Notes under the pieces: generated by a model | What the model was told of the DNA's origin: nothing | Seen by the model: the letters and a program-made list of their open reading frames with translations, nothing else | The model's database searches: none | Shown: positions 1-10,948 of the stretch, in pieces | Layout: each line of letters begins with the position of its first letter | Numbering within the stretch: position 1 is the stretch's first letter | From: a virus | DNA length: 64,000 bases | Virus record (IMG/VR): IMGVR_UViG_3300043446_003177 | Span: 96,001 to 160,000 of that record | Reading direction: 5' to 3' (one strand) | Program-made: the position numbers and the translations under genes

Positions 1-2
1 AT

Positions 3-3000
3 TTTATCAAAAAAATTGATGAAAGAAATATTAAATTATCCAGAAGTAGATCAAATATAAACACAGAGTCTTTTGTAAAGGTTACAGGAAACTTATCTGA
101 AAATGCAAATAAATTTGAATATTTTGATTTTTCTTATCAAAAACTAGAATCTCAAAATATTATTAGAAAAGTTTGTAATATAACAAACGATTCTAAAACA
201 TATAAAACAACATCAGGATCTATTGGTATTTTAAAAAATGGAGTTGAGGTTCTCAACTACAAGTCAAAAGATTCTATTTTTTATGGACCAATTGAATCAA
301 TAGAGGTTTTATCTGAAGGATCTGGATATGACGTTATAAATCCACCGATTTTACAAATTACAGATCCAACTGGAACTGGATGTACTGGATATTGTGCAGT
401 AACAGGAAAATTAGAAAGAGTTGACATATTAGATAGAGGATTTGACTATCTAGAAAATCCAACTATTACCATATCCGGAGGAGACGGATCTGGAGCTAGA
501 ATAACTGCAAATTTAATATCAGTAGACCATGAAGTAACTTTTAACTCAACCGAAAAGGGTGGGTTAATTGATGTAGCAAATAGTATAATTGGATTTTCAA
601 CTGATCATAAGTTCAGACATGGAGAAAGAGTATTTTATTATACAAACAATCAAAGAGCTATCGCAGGATTAACAACTGATGCTTCATATTTTGTATCTGT
701 TCTTGATTATAAAAGGGTTAGACTATATAAGGAAAAAAATGATGCAATTTCTAGAAGCGACAATTATGTAGGAATTGGAACAACATTTGGTGTTGGAAAT
801 CATGCATTAAAGTCTGCAAAAAAGAAAAAAATAATAGGATCTGTTAATATCATTTCACCAGGAAGTGGGTATAAAAATAATAAAACTGCAGTAGATACGA
901 ATGATACTCGCAAGTTTAATGATATCATTATCCCCTTAGATACGATTAAGATCAAAAATCATGGGTATTCTAGCGGAGATATAGTTGTATATGATCCACC
1001 AGCACAACCAATAGGTGGTCTAGCTGCTACATCTTATTATCTAACAAAAGTAGACGCCGACAATTTCAAACTATCCCAACTAGGATCACCTGGACAGGAA
1101 AATTTTTATTACAGGACTAAACAATATGTTAATCTAACTTCAAAGGGAGTTGGAATACATACTTTTAATCACTTACCAATTACTATAAAAGTATCTGGTA
1201 GATTGGGAATTGGTACAACTGGAAATGATAAATATCAAGCAGTTTTAAATCCAATTTTTAGAGGATCAATTACTTCAGTAAATGTTGTTAATGTTGGATC
1301 TGGATATGGTTCTCCTGATATTATTAACTTTAATAAGCAACCAATATTTGATCTAATTAGAGGATCTTCCGCACAATTAATTCCGATTGTTGCTGATGGT
1401 CGAATTAGAGATGTATTAATCAATTATTCTGGAACAAATTATAACTCCACTCCTAATATTATTATTGAAGGAAGTGGTAGTGGGGCTGTTCTTGTACCAA
1501 TAATTCAGGATGGAATATTAGTTGATATTAAAGTACTTAACGGTGGATTTGGATACTTACAAAAAGACACTAAAGTTACAATAATTGAAGCCGGATTTGA
1601 AGCTTCTTTTTCAGCCAAGATTAAGCAATGGACAATTAATATTTTTGAAAGACTTTCAAGGACTAACGAATTAACATTGGATGATGGAATAATTGCAAAT
1701 GGTTTAAATCCAAATTATGGTTTACAGTATTCGCATGTATACGCACCAAGACCACTAAGAAGGATTCTAAACGCGGTTACTGTTAACGATAGTGGAAGTA
1801 ACAATTACAGACCAGATATTGAATCTGATACAGACCCCGTTTTAAGATACCACTCTCCAATTATAGGATGGGCCTATGACGGAAATCCAATTTATGGACC
1901 ATATGGATATTCTTCCGTATCGGGTGGTACTGTAGTTAGAATGAAATCTGGATATATTTTGGATTTAGATCCAGATAGACCATCCACATTTCCTGCAGGA
2001 TTTTTTGTTGAAGATTATGTTTATAACGCTACTAATGGAAATAATGAAGAATATTTGGATGAGCATAACGGAAGATATTGTGCTACCCCAGATTTTCCAA
2101 ATGGAACATATGCATATTTTGCTACTATTTCCAATGAAACAGTTGAAACAGATGGACCCTTCAGAAATCAAAGAAAACCAGTATTCCCATACTTAATTGG
2201 AGATACTTATAAGTCAAAACCAGATTTATTTAACTTTAAAAAAGAATCAAATCAAAATGATTTAGATCTCAATAGTACCAATTGGACAAGAAATACATAT
2301 CCTTATAATTTTGCAAGATCAAGAACTTTTTATAATTTCTTAGAAAATCCATTAAGCGATGGTAATTTTATAAACGCTGAAGTTAAGAGTATTGGTAGAG
2401 GATTTGTATCTGGTATAGAAATTGTAAATCCTGGAAAAAATTATCAACCAAGAGATCAAATAGTATTTAATAACGAGAATACCTTCGGATCAAATGCCTT
2501 TGCGAAGGTTGAATCTGTTTTTGGTGTAGGAATTTCTACAGTTAGTACAGCATCTTCTACTATTAGTAATATTGAATTTGTACCATATGGTAAAAAAGGT
2601 AATTTTATTGCAATTAGTTCCATTCCACATGGTTATATAAATGGAGAGTATGTAACTATAAGTGGATTAAGCACAGATGGTACAGAATTAAAAGGATTTT
2701 ATACTGCAAATGTAGATACTACATATTATTCATTAAAGGTAGGTATTGAAACTGGAACAACAACCGGAATTGTTACTTATATTAGCATTGCAGGTCCATT
2801 AGATTATCCATATATTGAAGAAAATGATATTCTCGAAATAGAAAATGAACTTGTTAAGGTTTTAAACATTGAACCTGGAAGTTCACGAATTAGAATTTTA
2901 AGACAATACAATGGCACAGTTGCGACCGCACACTCAGCTTCATTAAATTTTTCAGACAGACCAAGAAGATTTGTAATTAATTCTGGATTTACTACAACAT

Positions 3001-6000
3001 TTGAATATGTAAGAAATAGAGAATATTATTTCAATCCAAAAGAGTCTGTTGGATTGGGAACAACATCTGGAGTTGGTATATCGTCAGCACTATTCTTTGG
3101 ATTAGATAATTTGAATGTTCCTGTAGGAATAGCTACAAGTTCAGCAACTGTTTTGTATTTTAAAAATGACTTTGATATCTATAAGTTTAATACTGGTGGA
3201 TATATTGAAATAACCAATACTACAACTGCAACTGGAATTGCAAGCACTGCTTTCCACAAACAGCATGTAAAAATAATTTCTGTAGGGTCAACTGCAATAA
3301 CTGTTAATTTCAATTCATCATCTTTACAAGGTGTCGGAGTAACAGCTTTTATTGGAAAAGAAAAATCAGAAGAAATACCAACAAAATCCATTTATATTCC
3401 AAATCATAATTTAATAACAGGAACTAGATTAGAATATAGTCCAAATCAAGGGTCTTCTTTGCTAGTTTCCTTGAATGGAATAACTACATCTTTAACTCAG
3501 TTTTCTTCACTTTATGCGATCAAGATTGATAAAGATACGATAGGAATTTCTACAGTAAGAGTTGGGTATGGTTCCACTGGAATTATATCTGGAATAGGAT
3601 CTACTACAACTACCAATCCACAATTAGCATTTGTTGGATTTGGTACGGGAGTATACCATAGTTTCAAAACAAAGTATGATAATGTTGTTGTTGGAGATTC
3701 CACTATCAACAGAGTAACAGTCTCTACTGGGGAAACTCATGGTCTTGTAGTAGGCAATTCTATTAATATGAATCTAGTGTCCACATCTACTACTACAATT
3801 GTTGTTCAATATAATGATGAAAATAGAAGAATTGTATTAAATCCAAAATCTTTTGTATCTGCTAATGTAAATACACAAGAAAGTTCGATTCAAATTAATG
3901 ATCATGGATTCTATGATGGTCAAAAAATCATATATGTAGCATCCAATCCATTAACCCCTATTGGAGGTCTGACTAGCAATGGAATATATTATGTAATCGC
4001 AATTAACAATAATAGTTTTAAACTTGCTGCAAGTAAGAGTGATGCTACTAGAAAAATTCCTTTATATATTAACTTAACCTCTGCATCTGATGGAACTATA
4101 TATCAGATAAATCCAAGGATACGAGTATACAAAAATCAAAAAATAGAGTTTGATTTATCAAGTTCCACACTCTCATATAACTTCAAATCTGCATTTAATT
4201 TCTCATTATATAGAGATAAGAACTTTAAACATATTTTCAAATCTGATGAAAAAGATACAGTATTTGAATTATCATATTCTGGACCTATTGGTATTTCACC
4301 CGTAGCTAAAGCAATATTAACAATAACTGACAATTTCCCAAGAAAATTATACTATAAGTTGAATCCAATAGATATTGCAACTTTATCTGACGTTAAAAAA
4401 GATATTATCATTGATAATGAAGTTGAAGATAGAAACGCTATTGAAATCATAACTAGCAAATATAATGGAGAATATCCAGTACTTGGTATTACAACTAATA
4501 AATTTGTTTATCCAATTCCAGAAAAACCAGAGAAAATGGTTTATACGAATTTGATAGATTGTAATGCAAAATATTCTACAAAAGCGTTAAATGCTTATGG
4601 TTCCATTGCTACGATTAATATCAATAGTAAGGGACAGGGTTATAAGTACGCTCCAGGAATATCTTCTATAATTTCAGATTATGGATCTCAAGCTGTTTTA
4701 AGAGTAAGGACAAATAATATTGGAAGAATAAAAACTGTTAAAATTAATAATATTGGATTTGATTATCCATCAGATAAAACTTTAGGTCCTACTGCAAAAC
4801 TACCACAAATACTAAAAGTAGATGTTCTTTCTATAGTAGATAGAATAGGAATTAGTTCTGGTGGAAAAAATTATATAAAAAATCCAAAATTAATTCTTTT
4901 AGATGGTTTAACTTTAAAACCAGTAAAAGATATTGATTTAAGTTATAAAGTTGGAAATCCAACTGTAAAAATTCTTAAGAATACTGACGGTATTAATAAT
5001 GTAACTCCTATTATAATCCCAACAAAAAATCCAAATGGAGTTAAAATTAACTACATTACATTTGATTCTGGATCAGGAATTGCGACTGCTGGAATTGCAG
5101 TAAGTTATAGCGATGCTAAAGATTTTCCTTTCAACGTTGGTGATAAAATTTTAGTCGAAAACACTCAGATTATCCCCAAATCTGGTAAAGGATTTAACTC
5201 CAAGGATTATGATTATCGTTTGTTTAATATAGTAAGCACAGATCCAAACATTGGGGGAGAAAATGGATCAATAACTTACGACATGAGTTCTATTTTGCAA
5301 GATGGTTATCTTCCAGGAACATATGATACGATTAACTCAATAGGATCAATAGTACCCGAAAAATATTTCCCCAAATTTAAAATTACTCTAAAACAAAGAG
5401 ATTTTAGAACTGGAGAAACTATTAGATCTGGAACTAAATCGGCAAAAGTTGAAAAATGGGATGATCAAAATAACTACTTAAAAATTTCTGGAAATCAAAG
5501 TTTCTTAGAAGGGGATTTAATTTTTGGAAGATCTAGTAGAACAAAAGCAACAATTTCGGAAGTAGTTTCTTTTGATTCACAATATAACATTGATTCTTAC
5601 AGCATTTCTCCAGCTGGATTCTTCAGAGAAACTGGGTTCCTAAACAATAATCTACAAAGATTGCATGATAATGAATATTACCAATATTTTTCATATGCAA
5701 TAAGTTCAAAAATCCCAATGGATGTTTGGGATGAACCAGTATCAACTCTAAACCATACTTCTGGATTTAGAAAATTTAGTGATCTTAAGGTTGAATCTTT
5801 TGATTCTGCTTATGCTGGGATAACTACATCTCAAGATGAAGGATCTTTCTTTGGAATAAATGATATTACAAGAACTGTAAATATTAACTGTGTTAATGAT
5901 TTTGATCTTGCAACAGAAAATTCAATTTTAATAGACGATGAATTGACTTCCAATCAAATTATCTTTGCAACTAGAATTATACAAGATTATTCTGAAGCGG

Positions 6001-9000
6001 TAACTAATAAAGTCTTAATCATTGATGATATTAGTAGTCAATTTACTTCCGAAAATGAAGATATAACTTATTCTGTAGCAGACAGGGTTTCTGATATTTT
6101 TGATTTTACAAGCAAAGTAACTCAAAAGTTACTAACATTTGTGAAGGATAAGAGATTTGTCGAGAAAAGACAACTTTCAAACGTTACCTTAATTCAAGAT
6201 AACTCAAGTGGATATATCAATGAATATGGTAAAGTTTACACTGACGAAGATTTAGGATCTTTTGATGTTATTACTTATTATGATACTTCTGATATTGTTT
6301 TTGTACCAAATCAATCTAAAGAAAACTCTTATTCTGTAGATATTCTTTCGTTTAATCCAAGTTATACTGAGTCTGTTTCTGGAATATCTTCCTTAAACAT
6401 CGGAAGCAAAGTTAACATAAAATCGAATAAAATTACATATAGTGGAACAGGATCTAAGACAATCGTTGGTATTGCATCAACATATAGATCTGCAAAAATA
6501 CTAGTTGAAGTTGTTAATGCTCAAAACAAAATAGAATTTAATGAATTATCTTTAGTTCATGACGGATCTTCAGTATCACTTCTAGAATATGGAAAATTAA
6601 ATAATAACAAATCATATGGAACAGGTATTGGAACTTATGGTGCCGATCTTTCCTCTAATAATATATTTGTTAAATTCTATCCAAATGAAAGTGGAATTGG
6701 AACTGTAAAAGTTCTATCAGTTTCTATCGCAAATACATCTACTACTGGACTATCAACATATAAGTTGAGCAATTCTATTTTGAATAGCAATACGATTGGA
6801 ATTGCATCAACATCTTCTCCAGGAATAACTACAATAGCATCTTACACTCACTTATCTTATGGTGAAAATTATGGTGGCGCATATTATATTGTAAGTGTTT
6901 CTGATAAATTAAATAATAGACACCAAATCTCAGAAGTTGTCGTAGTCGATGACGGTAATGATGCGGTTTATGTTGAATATGGAAACAATTCAACATCTAT
7001 AGGACTTGGTACAGTTGGCGCAGGAGTTACTAATTCAACGACTAATTTATATTATACTCCAATATCTAATACTGCGGTTGAAGTAACTGTTTTCCAATCG
7101 TCAATTGGAGTTAAAAATGAAGTTGTTACTACGCAGAAAATTGATTTTTCACAAGGATCTTTAAAAGTATTATCCAGTTCATATACTGGAACAGATATTT
7201 TAGATTATAAGTATGATTTGTACCACAAAAATCTTCCTATTTTTGAAAGAGAATTTGATGCTAGTGACTCTTCGATTGTTTCTATTAGTAATAATTCAAT
7301 AAAATTATTAAATCACTATTTTGTTAGTGGTGAGGAAATAACATATAGCATTGCCGATCCAACCATTGAGTCCCCAATAGGAATTGGAACTACTTCAATA
7401 GTTGGTATTGGTACAACAGATAAATTACCATCAACTCTTTATGTTATAAAAGTTAGCAACTCTGAAATAAAATTTGCATCTTCCGCACAAAATGCACTGT
7501 CTGATCCTCCAGAATACTTAACAATAACTTCATTGGGATCAGGAAAGAGACATAAACTTACTGCTAAAGATCAAATAAGCAAGTCTCTTATCACAATCGA
7601 CGGTATTATTCAATCTCCACTTGCAAATTCTTATATAAAAACTTCTTTGAGTACGTCAATTACTACTTACAGTAATGTAATAAAGGTTGCAGGTATTGGA
7701 AGTTTGGCTTCTGGTGACTTAATACGAGTCGATAATGAGATAATGAAGATTAAGAATATTGGTGCAGCAAATACAATATCTGTTTATAGAAGTAGATTGG
7801 GCACCGAATTAACTTCACATTCAATTGGAACTAGCGTTACCAAACTTTATGGTAATTATGATATTATTGATAACTCAATTTATTTTGTTGATCGTCCATA
7901 CGGAACAACACCGGTTGGTGTTCCCACTAGTAAACCAGATCAAAGAGATTATAGTGGGATTACTACACAATCTTATTTTAGTGGAAGAGTATTTACAAGA
8001 TCGGGAGTTCCAGAATCAAGTCAAAAAGCTTATTCTGATAACTTCGTGTATGACGACATTTCAAATCAATTTAATGGATTTACAACTTCGTTTACTTTAA
8101 AATCTAACGGAAACAACCCTACAGGGATTCAAACTTATAATCCAATCGTTCTTATAAAAGGAATATTCCAAAATAATGAGAGATCTGGAACAGCGGTAAA
8201 CGTAACCGGCAACTTCAAACTCGATGATTCATCGGGAATTTCTACTATAACATTCTTTGGATATTCCGGCATACAAACATCCGATATCAATGTCTCAAGC
8301 ATTCCAATCGGTGGAGTTATTGTTGCAGCGGGATCTTCGCAGGGATTTGGTTACCAACCTCTAGTTTCTGCAGGAGCAACAGTGAGAGTATCCTCAGCTG
8401 GAACAATCACTACAATTAGTATTGGTAGCAGTGGTTCTGGTTACAGAAGTGGAATACAAACATCTGTTACAATCTATGCTAGAAATTCCGGAAATATTAG
8501 TTACGGATCTACGATTATTGGATTTGGAACAATTTATCAAGGAAATGTTGTAAATCCAGTATTAACAAATCCAGGAATTGGATTTACAAATTATACAATT
8601 ACGAGATCAGCATTAGTAACGGCTTCAGTTTCTGCAGGAAGTACAATTGTATACGCCTCAAACCTATCCTTTATTTCCGTAGATGATTATGCATCTGTTG
8701 GATCTGCATTAACTAATGTAAGAATTGTCGGATTGAATACTGGATTCTTTACTATTGGTTCGGCAAGTACTTCTGTAGTTGGTATTAATACTAATGATAT
8801 TATTATATTTAAAAAGTATTCTCCTCCTACAATTACTATAGATAATCCAATTGGATATACTAATATTCCATTAAAGTATGCCGCAGGAAAAACTGGATTA
8901 GGAACTGGAGCTGCAGTTGATATTGTAGTTGGGCAAGGATCAAGTGTTATAGACTTTACGTTAAAAAATTATGGATTTGGATACAAACCTGGAGATATTT

Positions 9001-10928
9001 TAACTGTAGATACATCCTCCGTTGGGGTTCAAACAAACAGATCTGCAGGATCTCAATTTAAACAATTCTTTATTTTTGTTGAGAATGTCTACTTCAGCGA
9101 CTTTAGTGCTTGGTCATTTGGTGAACTACAAATTATTGACGACATATCTCCAAACTTTAATGGAAGACGTAAGATATTTAACATAAGCATTGATGGTAAA
9201 ATTACGTCAATTACAACTAAAAAAGGATCGAATATCGATATTCAAGCAAACTTGATTATTTTTGTAAATGATATATTACAAAATCCAGGAGAATCTTATT
9301 TCTTCGATGGTGGTAGTACAATCGAGTTTTCTGAAGCTCCTAAAGGAGCAGATGCGTTAGGTCAAGGTGGAGACACTTGCAAAATATTCTACTATAGGGG
9401 AACTAGAGATGTAGACGTAATTGATGCCGATATTTTAGAATCTGTAAAAGTTGGAGATGATCTAACTCTTACAAGTGATATTGAAAAGTATCAACAAGAA
9501 GAAAGAGCAGTTATTTTAGTCGATTCCACAAGTAGTGTAATCACAAATGCTTATAGTGAAAATGGAGTTTCTGAAGATCCTAAGTTAAGGAGACCTGTTA
9601 TATGGTGCAAGCAAACTGAAGATAGAATTATTGATGGAAAAGAAGTGGGTAAAGATAGAGTTTTATACGAAGCTCTAATTAATCCAGTGGCTACTGTAAT
9701 AAGAAACGTTGGAATTAACACAAATCAAATATTTGTTGATAGTATAAAGCCATTCTTTAATGATAAAAAAGAAAATATTGGAAGCAAATTCTCATCTAAG
9801 ATTGAAATTTATGAAAATAATGATAATTTCGTATCTGCATCTGCAACATGTATAGTTTCTATTGCCGGAACAGTTCAATCTGTAGTTCTTGCTAATGGTG
9901 GAAATGGATATACAAATCCACCTACAGTCACTTTCACCGAACCATATGGTGTAGGAAATACGGGTAGAGCATCTGCAACTGCATCAATAACATCTGGAGT
10001 TGTAACTTCAATTGTAATTGATAATCCAGGAATTGGATATTCTTTAGGCAGACTTCAAAATGTTAGCATTAGTTCTACATTCTTTGGTTCTGGATTCCCT
10101 CTACCATCTGCATCTTATTCTAACTTGAGAGTATCATCTTTAACTGGAGAAGGTAGAGATGCTACTATAGACCTTGTTGTTCTAAACGATAGAGTAAATC
10201 AAATCAGTGTAAATGAAAAGGGAACTGGGTATAAAGTTGGCGATCTATTGGTAATAAGGTCAATAGATGCTGAAACTGAGGTAAAAAATCTAGATTTAGA
10301 AATTATGATGAATGTAATTTCTATTGAGAGTCCAACTGTTTTCATAGATCCACCAAACATAGAAAATGTAGAAAAAATTGATAATGTAACCTATGAGGGA
10401 GATTTTGGAATTATTACTGGAATTAAAACCACTTCAATTGGAACCGATAAAGGATTAATATTTGATCTCTTTATCCCATATAATTCTACTATTAGAAATG
10501 CAAATGTAAATGTTGGATTGGGTACAACTGGATTTAGTGGGATTCAGACTGGATATTTCTTTGTTGCCTATAACACTAATGTCGGCAATGGAATTACATC
10601 ATATGATCTAAATGGAGCTTCAGTTGGCGTTGGAACTACATTTATAGACAATGTATATCAGGCAGTATCAGTTTCTTATGGATCGACGAGTGCTATTGGA
10701 GTGGGGATGACTAATTTAGTATCAGTAACCGTTAAGGTTTCTAATAATTCCATTTCTGGTCTTGGATACAGTTCTTATTATGGAAACTATAGTTGGGGAA
10801 AAATTACAACCACAGGCAAAAATACCAAATCATTTACTGCACAGTCAAATAATGGAATTACTGGATTATCAACCTGTCCAGTCGTTAGAAGGAGATATCC
10901 TTTAAAATATGAGTTGTATGCACTATAA
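3..10928 (+). CDS. Giant baseplate wedge/structural protein (gp7-like) with YHYH domain; 5' truncated, at least 3641 aa
   Basis: I read the frame as open from base 3 (FIKKIDERNIKL...) into the 1203 ORF, so the true start lies upstream of the window. YHYH-type motif HSPIIGWAYDGNPIYGPYGY...DEHNGRYCATPDFPNGTYAYF, gp6/gp7-like LHDNEYYQYFSYAI...LNHTSGF, many GxGY beta repeats. Sits directly before gp8. Confidence 0.8.
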   Translation, partial: FIKKIDERNIKLSRSRSNINTESFVKVTGNLSENANKFEYFDFSYQKLESQNIIRKVCNITNDSKTYKTTSGSIGILKNGVEVLNYKSKDSIFYGPIESIEVLSEGSGYDVINPPILQITDPTGTGCTGYCAVTGKLERVDILDRGFDYLENPTITISGGDGSGARITANLISVDHEVTFNSTEKGGLIDVANSIIGFSTDHKFRHGERVFYYTNNQRAIAGLTTDASYFVSVLDYKRVRLYKEKNDAISRSDNYVGIGTTFGVGNHALKSAKKKKIIGSVNIISPGSGYKNNKTAVDTNDTRKFNDIIIPLDTIKIKNHGYSSGDIVVYDPPAQPIGGLAATSYYLTKVDADNFKLSQLGSPGQENFYYRTKQYVNLTSKGVGIHTFNHLPITIKVSGRLGIGTTGNDKYQAVLNPIFRGSITSVNVVNVGSGYGSPDIINFNKQPIFDLIRGSSAQLIPIVADGRIRDVLINYSGTNYNSTPNIIIEGSGSGAVLVPIIQDGILVDIKVLNGGFGYLQKDTKVTIIEAGFEASFSAKIKQWTINIFERLSRTNELTLDDGIIANGLNPNYGLQYSHVYAPRPLRRILNAVTVNDSGSNNYRPDIESDTDPVLRYHSPIIGWAYDGNPIYGPYGYSSVSGGTVVRMKSGYILDLDPDRPSTFPAGFFVEDYVYNATNGNNEEYLDEHNGRYCATPDFPNGTYAYFATISNETVETDGPFRNQRKPVFPYLIGDTYKSKPDLFNFKKESNQNDLDLNSTNWTRNTYPYNFARSRTFYNFLENPLSDGNFINAEVKSIGRGFVSGIEIVNPGKNYQPRDQIVFNNENTFGSNAFAKVESVFGVGISTVSTASSTISNIEFVPYGKKGNFIAISSIPHGYINGEYVTISGLSTDGTELKGFYTANVDTTYYSLKVGIETGTTTGIVTYISIAGPLDYPYIEENDILEIENELVKVLNIEPGSSRIRILRQYNGTVATAHSASLNFSDRPRRFVINSGFTTTFEYVRNREYYFNPKESVGLGTTSGVGISSALFFGLDNLNVPVGIATSSATVLYFKNDFDIYKFNTGGYIEITNTTTATGIASTAFHKQHVKIISVGSTAITVNFNSSSLQGVGVTAFIGKEKSEEIPTKSIYIPNHNLITGTRLEYSPNQGSSLLVSLNGITTSLTQFSSLYAIKIDKDTIGISTVRVGYGSTGIISGIGSTTTTNPQLAFVGFGTGVYHSFKTKYDNVVVGDSTINRVTVSTGETHGLVVGNSINMNLVSTSTTTIVVQYNDENRRIVLNPKSFVSANVNTQESSIQINDHGFYDGQKIIYVASNPLTPIGGLTSNGIYYVIAINNNSFKLAASKSDATRKIPLYINLTSASDGTIYQINPRIRVYKNQKIEFDLSSSTLSYNFKSAFNFSLYRDKNFKHIFKSDEKDTVFELSYSGPIGISPVAKAILTITDNFPRKLYYKLNPIDIATLSDVKKDIIIDNEVEDRNAIEIITSKYNGEYPVLGITTNKFVYPIPEKPEKMVYTNLIDCNAKYSTKALNAYGSIATININSKGQGYKYAPGISSIISDYGSQAVLRVRTNNIGRIKTVKINNIGFDYPSDKTLGPTAKLPQILKVDVLSIVDRIGISSGGKNYIKNPKLILLDGLTLKPVKDIDLSYKVGNPTVKILKNTDGINNVTPIIIPTKNPNGVKINYITFDSGSGIATAGIAVSYSDAKDFPFNVGDKILVENTQIIPKSGKGFNSKDYDYRLFNIVSTDPNIGGENGSITYDMSSILQDGYLPGTYDTINSIGSIVPEKYFPKFKITLKQRDFRTGETIRSGTKSAKVEKWDDQNNYLKISGNQSFLEGDLIFGRSSRTKATISEVVSFDSQYNIDSYSISPAGFFRETGFLNNNLQRLHDNEYYQYFSYAISSKIPMDVWDEPVSTLNHTSGFRKFSDLKVESFDSAYAGITTSQDEGSFFGINDITRTVNINCVNDFDLATENSILIDDELTSNQIIFATRIIQDYSEAVTNKVLIIDDISSQFTSENEDITYSVADRVSDIFDFTSKVTQKLLTFVKDKRFVEKRQLSNVTLIQDNSSGYINEYGKVYTDEDLGSFDVITYYDTSDIVFVPNQSKENSYSVDILSFNPSYTESVSGISSLNIGSKVNIKSNKITYSGTGSKTIVGIASTYRSAKILVEVVNAQNKIEFNELSLVHDGSSVSLLEYGKLNNNKSYGTGIGTYGADLSSNNIFVKFYPNESGIGTVKVLSVSIANTSTTGLSTYKLSNSILNSNTIGIASTSSPGITTIASYTHLSYGENYGGAYYIVSVSDKLNNRHQISEVVVVDDGNDAVYVEYGNNSTSIGLGTVGAGVTNSTTNLYYTPISNTAVEVTVFQSSIGVKNEVVTTQKIDFSQGSLKVLSSSYTGTDILDYKYDLYHKNLPIFEREFDASDSSIVSISNNSIKLLNHYFVSGEEITYSIADPTIESPIGIGTTSIVGIGTTDKLPSTLYVIKVSNSEIKFASSAQNALSDPPEYLTITSLGSGKRHKLTAKDQISKSLITIDGIIQSPLANSYIKTSLSTSITTYSNVIKVAGIGSLASGDLIRVDNEIMKIKNIGAANTISVYRSRLGTELTSHSIGTSVTKLYGNYDIIDNSIYFVDRPYGTTPVGVPTSKPDQRDYSGITTQSYFSGRVFTRSGVPESSQKAYSDNFVYDDISNQFNGFTTSFTLKSNGNNPTGIQTYNPIVLIKGIFQNNERSGTAVNVTGNFKLDDSSGISTITFFGYSGIQTSDINVSSIPIGGVIVAAGSSQGFGYQPLVSAGATVRVSSAGTITTISIGSSGSGYRSGIQTSVTIYARNSGNISYGSTIIGFGTIYQGNVVNPVLTNPGIGFTNYTITRSALVTASVSAGSTIVYASNLSFISVDDYASVGSALTNVRIVGLNTGFFTIGSASTSVVGINTNDIIIFKKYSPPTITIDNPIGYTNIPLKYAAGKTGLGTGAAVDIVVGQGSSVIDFTLKNYGFGYKPGDILTVDTSSVGVQTNRSAGSQFKQFFIFVENVYFSDFSAWSFGELQIIDDISPNFNGRRKIFNISIDGKITSITTKKGSNIDIQANLIIFVNDILQNPGESYFFDGGSTIEFSEAPKGADALGQGGDTCKIFYYRGTRDVDVIDADILESVKVGDDLTLTSDIEKYQQEERAVILVDSTSSVITNAYSENGVSEDPKLRRPVIWCKQTEDRIIDGKEVGKDRVLYEALINPVATVIRNVGINTNQIFVDSIKPFFNDKKENIGSKFSSKIEIYENNDNFVSASATCIVSIAGTVQSVVLANGGNGYTNPPTVTFTEPYGVGNTGRASATASITSGVVTSIVIDNPGIGYSLGRLQNVSISSTFFGSGFPLPSASYSNLRVSSLTGEGRDATIDLVVLNDRVNQISVNEKGTGYKVGDLLVIRSIDAETEVKNLDLEIMMNVISIESPTVFIDPPNIENVEKIDNVTYEGDFGIITGIKTTSIGTDKGLIFDLFIPYNSTIRNANVNVGLGTTGFSGIQTGYFFVAYNTNVGNGITSYDLNGASVGVGTTFIDNVYQAVSVSYGSTSAIGVGMTNLVSVTVKVSNNSISGLGYSSYYGNYSWGKITTTGKNTKSFTAQSNNGITGLSTCPVVRRRYPLKYELYAL

Positions 10929-10931
10929 ATA
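10924..10931 (+). promoter_or_regulatory. T4-type late (gp55) promoter TATAAATA
   Basis: Exact consensus 17 nt upstream of the gp8 ATG. Confidence 0.8.
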
Positions 10932-10948
10932 GGTAAAAAAGCCAAAAA

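Noticed and set aside
1203-1205. TTG start given for the 3241-aa ORF
   Set aside because: The frame is open back to base 3 with continuous structural-protein-like sequence; the gene starts before the window.
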